This document shows, one piece after another, positions 37,568 through 45,704 of a DNA stretch of 64,000 bases. The translations under genes were made by a program, and so were the position numbers. How positions within the stretch are numbered: the first letter of the stretch is position 1; the number at the start of each line of letters is the position of its first letter. The notes under the pieces were generated by a model, which saw nothing but the letters and a program-made list of their open reading frames with translations, was not told where the DNA came from and did no database searches. Source of the stretch: Escherichia phage Esco_phi_B-01; the sequence record OP292222.1, one strand, 5' to 3'.

Positions 37568-37876
37568 ATGATTGAATTAAATGAACAGACCATTTTTCTA
37601 GGTGATGGCACTGAAGATGACCTAGAATATAAACTATATGAATATATGGTTTGGCTGGCTAAAGCAGAAGGTATAGACTTTGTTGTAGCTCACCCATATG
37701 GCGAGAACACCGTTGTAATTGGTGGCGTTGCTTATGAAGTCCAATGGCAATACGTCGGGCTCGAATCCGAAGAATTTGAAGAAGATGAGCATGGTGATTG
37801 GCATCCAGTTGGCCCTTGGTATTGGGAAAACGGCGAGCCTGATTTTGAAGTAATTAGTTGGTGGCGTGACCATTAA
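37568..37876 (+). CDS. hypothetical acidic Trp-rich protein
   Basis: 102 aa. Confidence 0.5.
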   Translation: MIELNEQTIFLGDGTEDDLEYKLYEYMVWLAKAEGIDFVVAHPYGENTVVIGGVAYEVQWQYVGLESEEFEEDEHGDWHPVGPWYWENGEPDFEVISWWRDH

Positions 37877-37992
37877 GCCATGGTATGTCGCTCGGTGGGA
37901 AACTACCGAGCCAGAGGAACCAGTTTACAACGATTCCGAAATAGATTATAATGAACCTTCAAACAATGATTTAATCGATATGGAGTTTGGAT

Positions 37993-38166
37993 ATGAGTAC
38001 CAAAATTGAAGTTGGCCGTCATAAAGGCCGTCTGATTGAACATTCTCTTTACGAGTTATCGGATTCGGGTTCTTTACCTGACCTAGAGTCCGATTTGATT
38101 AAAGCTGCAGCCGATTATATTCATTGGCTTGAAGCTCAACTCCGCTTTTCTGATGAGGCCTTCTGA
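37993..38166 (+). CDS. hypothetical small protein
   Basis: 57 aa ORF below the track cutoff; GGAG 7 nt upstream; stop overlaps next ATG. Confidence 0.4.
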   Translation: MSTKIEVGRHKGRLIEHSLYELSDSGSLPDLESDLIKAAADYIHWLEAQLRFSDEAF

Positions 38167-38468
38167 TGAATTTATTTGAATTTGAAGGTAAAACTGTTCG
38201 TATTACTAAAGAAGATGTCGACCATTATGTTGACTGGCCTGAATTAAACGGCAATCGCGGTTTTGAGTCAGGCGAGCTCTGTGAAGGTGCTGAAGTTAAA
38301 ATCTTGAAGGTGGAGATTTCTCCGTGGGGCAATCCTGAAATCATTGGCGTAACTGCTATCGAATTCAATGGTAAGGTATACGAATACACTAAAGAAATGT
38401 TTGAAGATACTAAAGCTTCATTCTGGTGTTTTTGGACTAACGATGATAATGAATTTGAGGTCGCATGA
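38166..38468 (+). CDS. hypothetical protein
   Basis: 100 aa. Confidence 0.5.
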   Translation: MNLFEFEGKTVRITKEDVDHYVDWPELNGNRGFESGELCEGAEVKILKVEISPWGNPEIIGVTAIEFNGKVYEYTKEMFEDTKASFWCFWTNDDNEFEVA

Positions 38469-38650
38469 AAACTGTATTAGTCTATACTGAAAAGTTAAAT
38501 GGTGACAAGGTCTGGAAACTTCTTATCAAAGGAAGTCCTAATGACCAGTTTATGGCTACCTGCGTAGGATTATACACTCGTCCTACCAAAAAGATGATTC
38601 GTCAATTTAAACGGTTACACCGTATGTTTTACGGTACATTTGAAAAATAA
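38465..38650 (+). CDS. hypothetical basic protein
   Basis: 61 aa. Confidence 0.45.
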   Translation: MKTVLVYTEKLNGDKVWKLLIKGSPNDQFMATCVGLYTRPTKKMIRQFKRLHRMFYGTFEK

Positions 38651-38685
38651 TAAATACCCTTATCTAATAATGGTAAGGGTTTATT

Positions 38686-39159
38686 ATGTTGTTGACCGGC
38701 AAATTATACAAAGAAGAAAAACAAAAACTTTATGATGCACAATGTGGTAAGTGTTTGATTTGTAAACGTGAATTAAACCCTGATGTTCAAAGTAACCACC
38801 TTGACCACGACCATGAATTGAGCGGGCCAAAAGCCGGTAAGGTTCGTGGTTTACTATGTAACCTGTGCAATGCTGCAGAAGGACAAATGAAGCATAAGTT
38901 CAACCGTTCTGGTCTTAAAGGTCAAAACGTTGACTACCTCGAATGGTTAGAGAATTTGCTGGTCTATCTGAAATCTGATTACACTGAAAACAATATCCAT
39001 CCTAATTTCGTTCCTGATAAAACCAAAGAGTTCAGTAGATTAGGTAAGGAAGAAATGATTGCTGAAATGCTTTCACATGGAATGACTTATAATGAATCTG
39101 ACACAAAGAAACAAATGGTCGATTCATTTAAAAAACAACTGAGGAAATCGCTTAAATGA
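38686..39159 (+). CDS. 49: endonuclease VII (Holliday junction resolvase gp49)
   Basis: 157 aa; GKCLICKRELNPDVQSNHLDHDHELSGPKAGKVRGLLCNLCNAAEGQMKHKF closely matches T4 endo VII. Confidence 0.9.
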   Translation: MLLTGKLYKEEKQKLYDAQCGKCLICKRELNPDVQSNHLDHDHELSGPKAGKVRGLLCNLCNAAEGQMKHKFNRSGLKGQNVDYLEWLENLLVYLKSDYTENNIHPNFVPDKTKEFSRLGKEEMIAEMLSHGMTYNESDTKKQMVDSFKKQLRKSLK

Positions 39160-39253
39160 TTAATTTTTATGCCTTAACCGAATCTATGAATGATATTATC
39201 CGGCGCATGGGTGTTGAGTATCCTGCCCAATGGTTATTTGTTGTAACTAATAC

Positions 39254-39481
39254 ATGGACTATCGTATGAATAAATTTCGTAATGCTGCTTCTGATATCCT
39301 GGCCAATATTACATTTGTCCTGTTTATTGTGTGCCTTTTAATCCTGGTTATCCCATTTGGATTGCTGTTTGTGATGATTGGTGCGCTGAGTACTGAAAAG
39401 GGTCTTGAAGGGTCTGAGTTCGAAAAACGAATCCAGTCTGTTCATAGTGTTATTTCTAAAATGTTGAAGGTGAAAGAATGA
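39254..39481 (+). CDS. small membrane protein
   Basis: 75 aa, one long hydrophobic segment. Confidence 0.45.
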   Translation: MDYRMNKFRNAASDILANITFVLFIVCLLILVIPFGLLFVMIGALSTEKGLEGSEFEKRIQSVHSVISKMLKVKE

Positions 39482-39774
39482 AACGTTTTGAAGAGTATGT
39501 AGCTACTGATTGGGCTGCTTGGGACAAGTTTGGCCAAGAATGGTACTTCCATGACTGTGACCTGAACCCAGAATTCTTTAAAGATAAGGAAGATGACCTT
39601 AAAGATATCTATGCTCTTTCAGAGATTCACGGTATTAAACCTACCGTCTACTTCTCTTTTGATGATACTGGGTTCCTTATCCAGATTTACATCCCGTATG
39701 GAACTAATGAAGACGAAGTTATCAAAACTTGGGACTACCAAGGAGTTATTTCCTGTGGACCAAAAGTTAACTAA
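39478..39774 (+). CDS. hypothetical protein
   Basis: 98 aa. Confidence 0.5.
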   Translation: MKRFEEYVATDWAAWDKFGQEWYFHDCDLNPEFFKDKEDDLKDIYALSEIHGIKPTVYFSFDDTGFLIQIYIPYGTNEDEVIKTWDYQGVISCGPKVN

Positions 39775-40072
39775 AATTGAGATTTACGGTATCCCTGAGA
39801 CGGTCATGCGCTGTCCAGGGTGCATTGCAGTTCTATCGCTCCTAAATTCCCTTTCTATCCCACATACTTTCTATCCTGTGATTAACCAGACGCCGTCAGG
39901 CGCAGTATATGATAAGCCTCTTATAGTATCATTGGCCAAACGTGCTGGCTTCAAGAGCTTAGCTATACGCTATCCTGTAATCTTTGTTGATAATAAGAAA
40001 ATAGAAAATATTCCTGCCTTCAAATCCCTTTTGATTGAGCTTGGCTATGACCGAGATTTAATTGAAGATTAG
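39755..40072 (+). CDS. glutaredoxin-like (NrdH-like) protein, GTG-initiated
   Basis: CPGC active-site motif after beta strand KIEIYGI; no in-frame ATG; GTG at 39755 is 9 nt after AGGAG and overlaps the upstream ORF. Confidence 0.45.
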   Translation: MDQKLTKIEIYGIPETVMRCPGCIAVLSLLNSLSIPHTFYPVINQTPSGAVYDKPLIVSLAKRAGFKSLAIRYPVIFVDNKKIENIPAFKSLLIELGYDRDLIED

Positions 40073-40073
40073 T

Positions 40074-40127
40074 GTTTACTTCCTCTCCTCACGTGTTATA
40101 GTCTATCCTATCAACACATGAGGAGAA
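40074..40127 (+). promoter_or_regulatory. PeSL early promoter cassette
   Basis: GTTTAC 40074-40079, TATAGT 40097-40102; inverted repeat CTCCTCACGTG/CACATGAGGAG. Confidence 0.6.
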
Positions 40128-40131
40128 CATT

Positions 40132-40308
40132 ATGACTATCCAAGATAAAGAAATTAAAGTCAACCAGTATTATTCAATCAACGGCAAAGCTGTTCTAGTA
40201 ACTGAAATATCTAGCCTGGACGTGTGGTATACCATAATCGACCTTAATATTAAAATGATTTGTGACCGTGGTGTATTTTGTTCGATAGCTAAGGAAATTA
40301 AATTATGA
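40132..40308 (+). CDS. hypothetical small protein
   Basis: 58 aa ORF below the track cutoff; ATG after AGGAGAACATT. Confidence 0.4.
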   Translation: MTIQDKEIKVNQYYSINGKAVLVTEISSLDVWYTIIDLNIKMICDRGVFCSIAKEIKL

Positions 40309-40559
40309 GCCTGAAATTGCATTCAATGAAAAATGTCGTCACCCTTAATCTGGATGATGAGCGCCTAATTTTTCTCACCGTCACTGATAAGAATATTGAA
40401 ATTGCAAATGGTCCTAAGACTTATTGCTGCCCAGTGAAGAATTGGAAGCATGTAACCTTTTTGACCCTGGCCGACCGTCTGAAAGACCTTAAGTTGGATT
40501 TGGATATCAAAGATATCCAGTACATTAAAAACCTTATTGGATACAAACTGTTGAGGTAA
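40305..40559 (+). CDS. hypothetical protein
   Basis: 84 aa. Confidence 0.5.
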   Translation: MSLKLHSMKNVVTLNLDDERLIFLTVTDKNIEIANGPKTYCCPVKNWKHVTFLTLADRLKDLKLDLDIKDIQYIKNLIGYKLLR

Positions 40560-40561
40560 CT

Positions 40562-40855
40562 ATGGGTAAAACTATCCGTCGTAAAGAATTGCCATCTAGA
40601 GATTTTAATTGCATTGCTAGACGTAAAGCACCTGATGGCGTATCGGAAGAAACTTTGAATGAAAATATCTTCCGGTCAGATAAATGGAAACGCTTTAGCG
40701 GTGTTGATTCTGAAGTTAAGAATGAAATGAATCGCCAACTTCGTAAAGAAGTGAGAAAGCTGAAAAAAGATGTTTACAACGACGATGAACCTGATTACAA
40801 TACTTCTCATCGAGTTGCAAAACGTAAATCAAACGAGTGCTATCGTTACAGCTGA
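40562..40855 (+). CDS. hypothetical basic protein
   Basis: 97 aa. Confidence 0.5.
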   Translation: MGKTIRRKELPSRDFNCIARRKAPDGVSEETLNENIFRSDKWKRFSGVDSEVKNEMNRQLRKEVRKLKKDVYNDDEPDYNTSHRVAKRKSNECYRYS

Positions 40856-40862
40856 GGAAAAT

Positions 40863-40994
40863 ATGAATATCAAACGTATGCTTTTTAAACAAGGATTATA
40901 CACCTTAAATGTTGCTCCAAAAGGCGATACGACTAAGTGGTCAGTAAATGACTGGATTAAATTTATTGATGAAAACGGCAACTGGAAAATTTAA
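40863..40994 (+). CDS. hypothetical small protein
   Basis: ATG after GAGGAAAAT; the track ORF extends upstream into the previous gene. Confidence 0.4.
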   Translation: MNIKRMLFKQGLYTLNVAPKGDTTKWSVNDWIKFIDENGNWKI

Positions 40995-41195
40995 ATGAAT
41001 CCTGAATCTAAATTATCACAACGAATTGCTGAAGCCCGTCGTCAGTTCTTTGAAAATATGGTAGCTCAAGGTATTGATGACGAAGTTTTTCTAAACTGGT
41101 TTTGGAATAACAAATATTCAAAATGCGCAGGAGCAATATTAATATCAGCCGCCGCGATGTATGAAGGTTGGAAAGGTGCATTAGCACAAAAATAG
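40995..41195 (+). CDS. hypothetical protein
   Basis: 66 aa. Confidence 0.45.
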   Translation: MNPESKLSQRIAEARRQFFENMVAQGIDDEVFLNWFWNNKYSKCAGAILISAAAMYEGWKGALAQK

Positions 41196-41240
41196 TTTAC
41201 AAACTCTTGGGACCAGAGTATAATGGTCCTACGGATTATA
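41195..41240 (+). promoter_or_regulatory. PeSL-like early promoter
   Basis: GTTTAC 41195-41200, 18-nt spacer, TATAAT 41219-41224; short hairpin GGACC/GGTCC. Confidence 0.6.
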
Positions 41241-41263
41241 AATTTTAAACTGAGGAAATTATT

Positions 41264-41593
41264 ATGTCACAAGCTATTAAAAACGTACTGAACTCTTTCG
41301 CTTTCGATAAAGTTAATGAACTGATGAAAACTGGCTTTGTAACTCCTCAGGTTCTTGACCAATGGGTTGCTGAACTGTTACCAATTATGCATTCTAAAGA
41401 CCAAAAAATCGGTAAGAATGGTATTCGTGAAATCCTGGTTCAATATATTCTTGATGAGTTTGATGTTGCTGCCTTCGGTGTTGAATCTAAAGCTTGGCAC
41501 CCAGGTGAAATCACAGACAAAACCATCCGTCGTATGAAGAACCAACGTAAGAAAAAATTCGTTGACCTGAAAATTGTTAAGGCTGCGAAATGA
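41264..41593 (+). CDS. hypothetical protein
   Basis: 109 aa; RBS TGAGGAAAT upstream. Confidence 0.5.
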   Translation: MSQAIKNVLNSFAFDKVNELMKTGFVTPQVLDQWVAELLPIMHSKDQKIGKNGIREILVQYILDEFDVAAFGVESKAWHPGEITDKTIRRMKNQRKKKFVDLKIVKAAK

Positions 41594-41856
41594 TTAAAAT
41601 AAAACTCTCTAATTACGATAAAAACTTGGAAATGATTGCTATGAAAGAAGAACTCCTGAATGATGCCCGCTTTACAGGTTATGCAGTCCAATTTAATGGT
41701 GATGGGGCTCTCCAGATTGAAGGTGACCACTTTATTATCGAATATGAATTTAAACGGTACTGGCTATACGCTAAAGATGAAGTTGGCGGTATTGATTACG
41801 TCGATGAGTTTGATAATCTTGATGATGCATTAGAAGGAGCTCGATTCCTACAATGA
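41590..41856 (+). CDS. hypothetical protein
   Basis: 88 aa. Confidence 0.5.
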   Translation: MIKIKLSNYDKNLEMIAMKEELLNDARFTGYAVQFNGDGALQIEGDHFIIEYEFKRYWLYAKDEVGGIDYVDEFDNLDDALEGARFLQ

Positions 41857-42116
41857 AACCTATATCCACCACCCTCGCTTATGAAGGTCTCGGATTTTTC
41901 TTAATAGATAACTGTATGGATGTTGAGTTTGTTTGTGGTGAGACTTCTTTAGTATGGAAGTCTCATATTTCCAAATACAACCATCGGGATTATCCGGAAC
42001 TTTTTAAAGAATTTTGCGGATATATGTCCGAACATGGATGTACTGATACAATTTCTTATCCCGAGTTCATACAAATCCTTGAAACAGTATTTCAGGCTTA
42101 TTGCTTACTCCGTTGA
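41853..42116 (+). CDS. hypothetical protein
   Basis: 87 aa. Confidence 0.5.
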   Translation: MKPISTTLAYEGLGFFLIDNCMDVEFVCGETSLVWKSHISKYNHRDYPELFKEFCGYMSEHGCTDTISYPEFIQILETVFQAYCLLR

Positions 42117-42182
42117 TGCTTTAAACGGGTCTCCAAATACTATGATATAATAGACCTATGATTTGAGTTATCTGAGGTAACA

Positions 42183-42740
42183 ATGACCGAAATTAAACTG
42201 ACTAAAAATAACTATGTAAATAATAAGGAGCTTCTGAAAGCCATTACCCAGTGGAAAACGGAACTCCGAGAAAATACCGACCCTAATAAAATAGTTCGTC
42301 AGAACGACGTTATCGGCTTGGCTATTATGCTCATTGCTGAAGGCCTTTCTAAGCGTTTCAACTTCTCCGGATATACCCAATCTTGGAAGCAAGAAATGAT
42401 TGCTGATGGAATCGAAGCTTCTATTAAAGGCCTTCACAACTTCGACGAAACAAAATACGACAACCCACATGCATATATCACTATGGCTTGTTTTAATGCC
42501 TTTGTTCAGCGTATCAAGAAAGAACGTAAAGAAATGGCAAAGAAATACAGCTACTTCGTCCATAACGTTTATGACGCTAATGACGACGACATGGTAGGTA
42601 TCGCAGATGAAACTTTTATCCAGGATATTTACGACAAAATGACTCAGTACGAAACCTCTTTAGTTAAAGCGCCAGGGTCTGATAAGAGCGCCGAATCTAA
42701 AGTTGGTGAGCTGGATTTTTTATATGGAACTCAAGATTAA
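42183..42740 (+). CDS. 55: late sigma factor gp55
   Basis: 185 aa; NYVNNKELL...[55 protein letters not shown] closely matches T4 gp55. Confidence 0.9.
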   Translation: MTEIKLTKNNYVNNKELLKAITQWKTELRENTDPNKIVRQNDVIGLAIMLIAEGLSKRFNFSGYTQSWKQEMIADGIEASIKGLHNFDETKYDNPHAYITMACFNAFVQRIKKERKEMAKKYSYFVHNVYDANDDDMVGIADETFIQDIYDKMTQYETSLVKAPGSDKSAESKVGELDFLYGTQD

Positions 42741-42951
42741 CCTGGTAGGCCTTTTAGAAGAAGTAGATGGAGAGTATTCGGCAATTCCTTATGTTCTTAA
42801 AATGTATCTTAAGGATATTGCCAAGCTTCCTATTGTAATAGACCCAAAACACCCTGATTCGGTAGAAATTAAAGCTGAAAAAGGAACATTAACTTATAAC
42901 TATCACGTTACCGACGAAGATTTTTATATAAAACTGAATTACAAGGATTAA
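42724..42951 (+). CDS. hypothetical protein
   Basis: internal ATG overlapping the gp55 3' end. Confidence 0.45.
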   Translation: MELKINLVGLLEEVDGEYSAIPYVLKMYLKDIAKLPIVIDPKHPDSVEIKAEKGTLTYNYHVTDEDFYIKLNYKD

Positions 42952-42952
42952 T

Positions 42953-43264
42953 ATGCAAAGCACCGACATTTCTCAATTGACTGAAGAGCAAATTGAAGAA
43001 GCCCAGAAGCGTTTAGAAGAGAATAATGCTAAAGAAGCCGCTTCTCAAGCTGCCAAAATTCTTAAAAAGAATGCCCGTGAAATTAAGCGTCTTAATACCC
43101 ATGCTCAGGGCGCTGTTCTTGAAAACAATTTCGAAGCTTACAAATATGCTATAATTAAATTACGTGGTATTTACCGTCAACCAACTACTGACGAAATCGT
43201 TAGAGTTATGTGGGAAACTACGCGTAAACAGATTTGGGAAATTATCAATGGCGCTAGTAAATAA
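42953..43264 (+). CDS. hypothetical protein
   Basis: 103 aa. Confidence 0.5.
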   Translation: MQSTDISQLTEEQIEEAQKRLEENNAKEAASQAAKILKKNAREIKRLNTHAQGAVLENNFEAYKYAIIKLRGIYRQPTTDEIVRVMWETTRKQIWEIINGASK

Positions 43265-43448
43265 ACCCTTTAAACGGCTTCTTATTGGAGCCGCCTTCAG
43301 ACTTCGCTCATACGGTAATATTTGTATTAAGCAGACTGAAACCGAATATAAAATGGTTGGGCAGTATTCCGATGAAATTTTTCGGATTGAGCCTGTAGCC
43401 AAGGTTTGGGTGGATTCACATCAACTTAAGAAGTGGTGGCAACGATGA
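43248..43448 (+). CDS. hypothetical basic protein
   Basis: in-frame ATG overlapping upstream gene end. Confidence 0.4.
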   Translation: MALVNKPFKRLLIGAAFRLRSYGNICIKQTETEYKMVGQYSDEIFRIEPVAKVWVDSHQLKKWWQR

Positions 43449-43603
43449 TAACATGGACTGCCGGTTAATGAATGACGAATACGAAAAAGTTTAAGAGGTG
43501 TATTATGACTATTGATGATGTAGATATTCTTACTTCCGACGAATTAAAACGATTGGGTAATATATTTCAAGACGAACATCCTGATTTTTAAGAGGTCATA
43601 TGA

Positions 43604-43777
43604 ATGACGAATTCGACGGATTTTGATAAGATTAAATCTGACAAAAATGAGATGATACTTAAATTTGAAGCTGCTCGTATTAAAGCGGAAAATGAAGGTA
43701 CTATTACCTATAAGCCTATCAAGTTCAGGTCTTCTCATGAACCTCTGTACGGGGTATTAATTGGTAAAGGAGCTTAG
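43604..43777 (+). CDS. hypothetical small protein
   Basis: 57 aa ORF below the track cutoff; AAGAGG upstream; ends inside the terminator hairpin. Confidence 0.35.
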   Translation: MTNSTDFDKIKSDKNEMILKFEAARIKAENEGTITYKPIKFRSSHEPLYGVLIGKGA

Positions 43778-43789
43778 GCTCCTTTTTTG
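43768..43789 (+). terminator. rho-independent terminator
   Basis: GGAGC-TTAG-GCTCC plus TTTTTT. Confidence 0.65.
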
Positions 43790-43817
43790 CTTTATATTCG
43801 GATGATAAAATGAATTT

Positions 43818-44435
43818 ATGAAATACATCACATACCTGACAATATATTCCGGGACTAAGCTTCCACCGTTTTATATAGGGTCCACCACTTTAGAGAAGCA
43901 TTTGAATGGATACCACGGAAGTGTCCTTTCTAAAGCGTATAAAGAAATCTATAAAAACGAGCTTTTAGAGCATCCTGAACTATTTGACTCATGTATTGTA
44001 AGTGAACATCCCACAAGAGAAGAGGCTTTAGAAGCTGAAAGAATGTACCAGTTAAGAACTGATGCAGCTCAAAATCCTTTATTCTTTAATAGGGCTATTG
44101 CCGCCCCTAAAGGGTTCTTCGGGCTTTCGCTACCTAAAGAGCATCACCCTCTTTACGGCTCTCATAATGCCAAAGGGTATATTCATTCCTATAATCCTGT
44201 TACATTAGAACAGACCTTTGCACCTACGGTCCCTGAAGGATATGTAGAAGGTCGTTCTCCTAATTATAAAGCATCTAGTCACAATAAGGGCAGGAAGTGG
44301 TATAATAACGGAATAGAACATAAACTGATTAATCCGTCTAATATTCCTGATGGATGGGTCAAAGGCAAACTTCCGGGCTCGGCTTCTAAAGCCGCCTCTA
44401 AAATGTGGGAACGAATACGTAATGAAAATTCTTAA
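43818..44435 (+). CDS. GIY-YIG homing endonuclease (Seg-like)
   Basis: N-terminal KYITYLT...FYIGST (GIY-YIG-type), conserved R and E downstream; basic C-terminal DNA-binding-like region; sits where T4 has alpha-gt. Confidence 0.6.
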   Translation: MKYITYLTIYSGTKLPPFYIGSTTLEKHLNGYHGSVLSKAYKEIYKNELLEHPELFDSCIVSEHPTREEALEAERMYQLRTDAAQNPLFFNRAIAAPKGFFGLSLPKEHHPLYGSHNAKGYIHSYNPVTLEQTFAPTVPEGYVEGRSPNYKASSHNKGRKWYNNGIEHKLINPSNIPDGWVKGKLPGSASKAASKMWERIRNENS

Positions 44436-45444
44436 TACAGGCGACTGGCACCTTGGAGTTAAGAACGACGACCCTTGGGTCCAAAACATTCAATTGACCG
44501 GCATTAAAGATGCTATCAATTATTCTAAAGCAAATGGTATTACTGTATGGATTCAATACGGTGATATTTTTGATGTCCGTAAAGCCATTACTCATAAGTG
44601 TATGGAATTTGCTCGGCATATTTCAGATTTGCTTAAAACCAATGGCATCACCATGTATACCATTGTTGGTAACCATGATGCCCACTACAAAAACACCCTA
44701 ACTCCGAATGCTGCTTCTGAAGTTCTGGGTAAATATGACCATATCAAGGTTATTGAGAAACCTACTACGGTTAACTTTGATGGCACCGAAATTGATTTGA
44801 TTCCATGGATGTGTGAAGAAAACACGACTGATATCATGGACCATATCAAAAATACCACAGCAGATTTCTGTATTGGTCATTGGGAATTAAATGGTTTCTA
44901 TTTCTATAAAGGAATGAAATCTCACGGTTTAGAACCTGATTTCCTTAAAAAGTATAAGCAAGTTTGGTCAGGCCACTTCCATACTATTTCTGATGCAGCA
45001 AACGTCAAGTACATTGGTACTCCATGGACCCTTACTGCAGGCGATGAGAACGACCCTCGTGGTTTCTGGATTTTCGATACCGAAACTCATAAAATGGATT
45101 TCATCATTAACGAAACCTGTTGGCATCGTAAGATTCATTATCCTAATGCGACTATCGATTACAAAGATTTTACAAATATCGCAGTTCGTGTTATAGTCGA
45201 TAAAATCGATGACGGCCTTACTAAGTTTGAATCAGAACTTGAAAAGGTTGTTCACTCTTTACGTATTGTGTCTAAGGTAGATAATAGTGTTGATATCGAT
45301 GATTCTGAAGAGGAAGATGAAGTTAAATCCCTCTTGGATATGATGTATGATTATATCGACGCCCTTCCTGATGGCCACACTGAAGAAGACGTTAAAGCCC
45401 TTAAGACTATGGCCGCACAACTTTATAATGAGGTTACACGATGA
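44422..45444 (+). CDS. 47: recombination endonuclease subunit gp47 (Mre11-like)
   Basis: N-terminal MKILNTGDWHLG phosphoesterase motif; 340 aa; upstream of gene 46. Confidence 0.85.
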   Translation: MKILNTGDWHLGVKNDDPWVQNIQLTGIKDAINYSKANGITVWIQYGDIFDVRKAITHKCMEFARHISDLLKTNGITMYTIVGNHDAHYKNTLTPNAASEVLGKYDHIKVIEKPTTVNFDGTEIDLIPWMCEENTTDIMDHIKNTTADFCIGHWELNGFYFYKGMKSHGLEPDFLKKYKQVWSGHFHTISDAANVKYIGTPWTLTAGDENDPRGFWIFDTETHKMDFIINETCWHRKIHYPNATIDYKDFTNIAVRVIVDKIDDGLTKFESELEKVVHSLRIVSKVDNSVDIDDSEEEDEVKSLLDMMYDYIDALPDGHTEEDVKALKTMAAQLYNEVTR

Positions 45445-45704
45445 CTTTAGATGAATTCAAAAAATCGGGACTTGAACTGGAACACGACTGTATAGTTATT
45501 GACGATGATGGCCAACCTAGTACAATTAAGTTCTGGTTTGAAGCCGTGAGCACTCGTGATACCGGCGAGCTTATTAAAGTTTATGTTGCTACCGATTGGG
45601 CTGTAGAATTTAGCTTTAATGTAATGGTAGATGATACTCCAGAAACATTAATTCATATGGCTGAATCATGCATCAAGGATGCGTATAACGATGAAGACTT
45701 TTAA
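45441..45704 (+). CDS. hypothetical protein
   Basis: 87 aa between 47 and 46. Confidence 0.45.
   Translation: MTLDEFKKSGLELEHDCIVIDDDGQPSTIKFWFEAVSTRDTGELIKVYVATDWAVEFSFNVMVDDTPETLIHMAESCIKDAYNDEDF

Noticed and set aside
39593-39754. Upstream part of track ORF 39593-40072
   Set aside because: No ATG and it fully overlaps ORF 39478-39774 in another frame; only the segment from GTG 39755 with an RBS is treated as coding.
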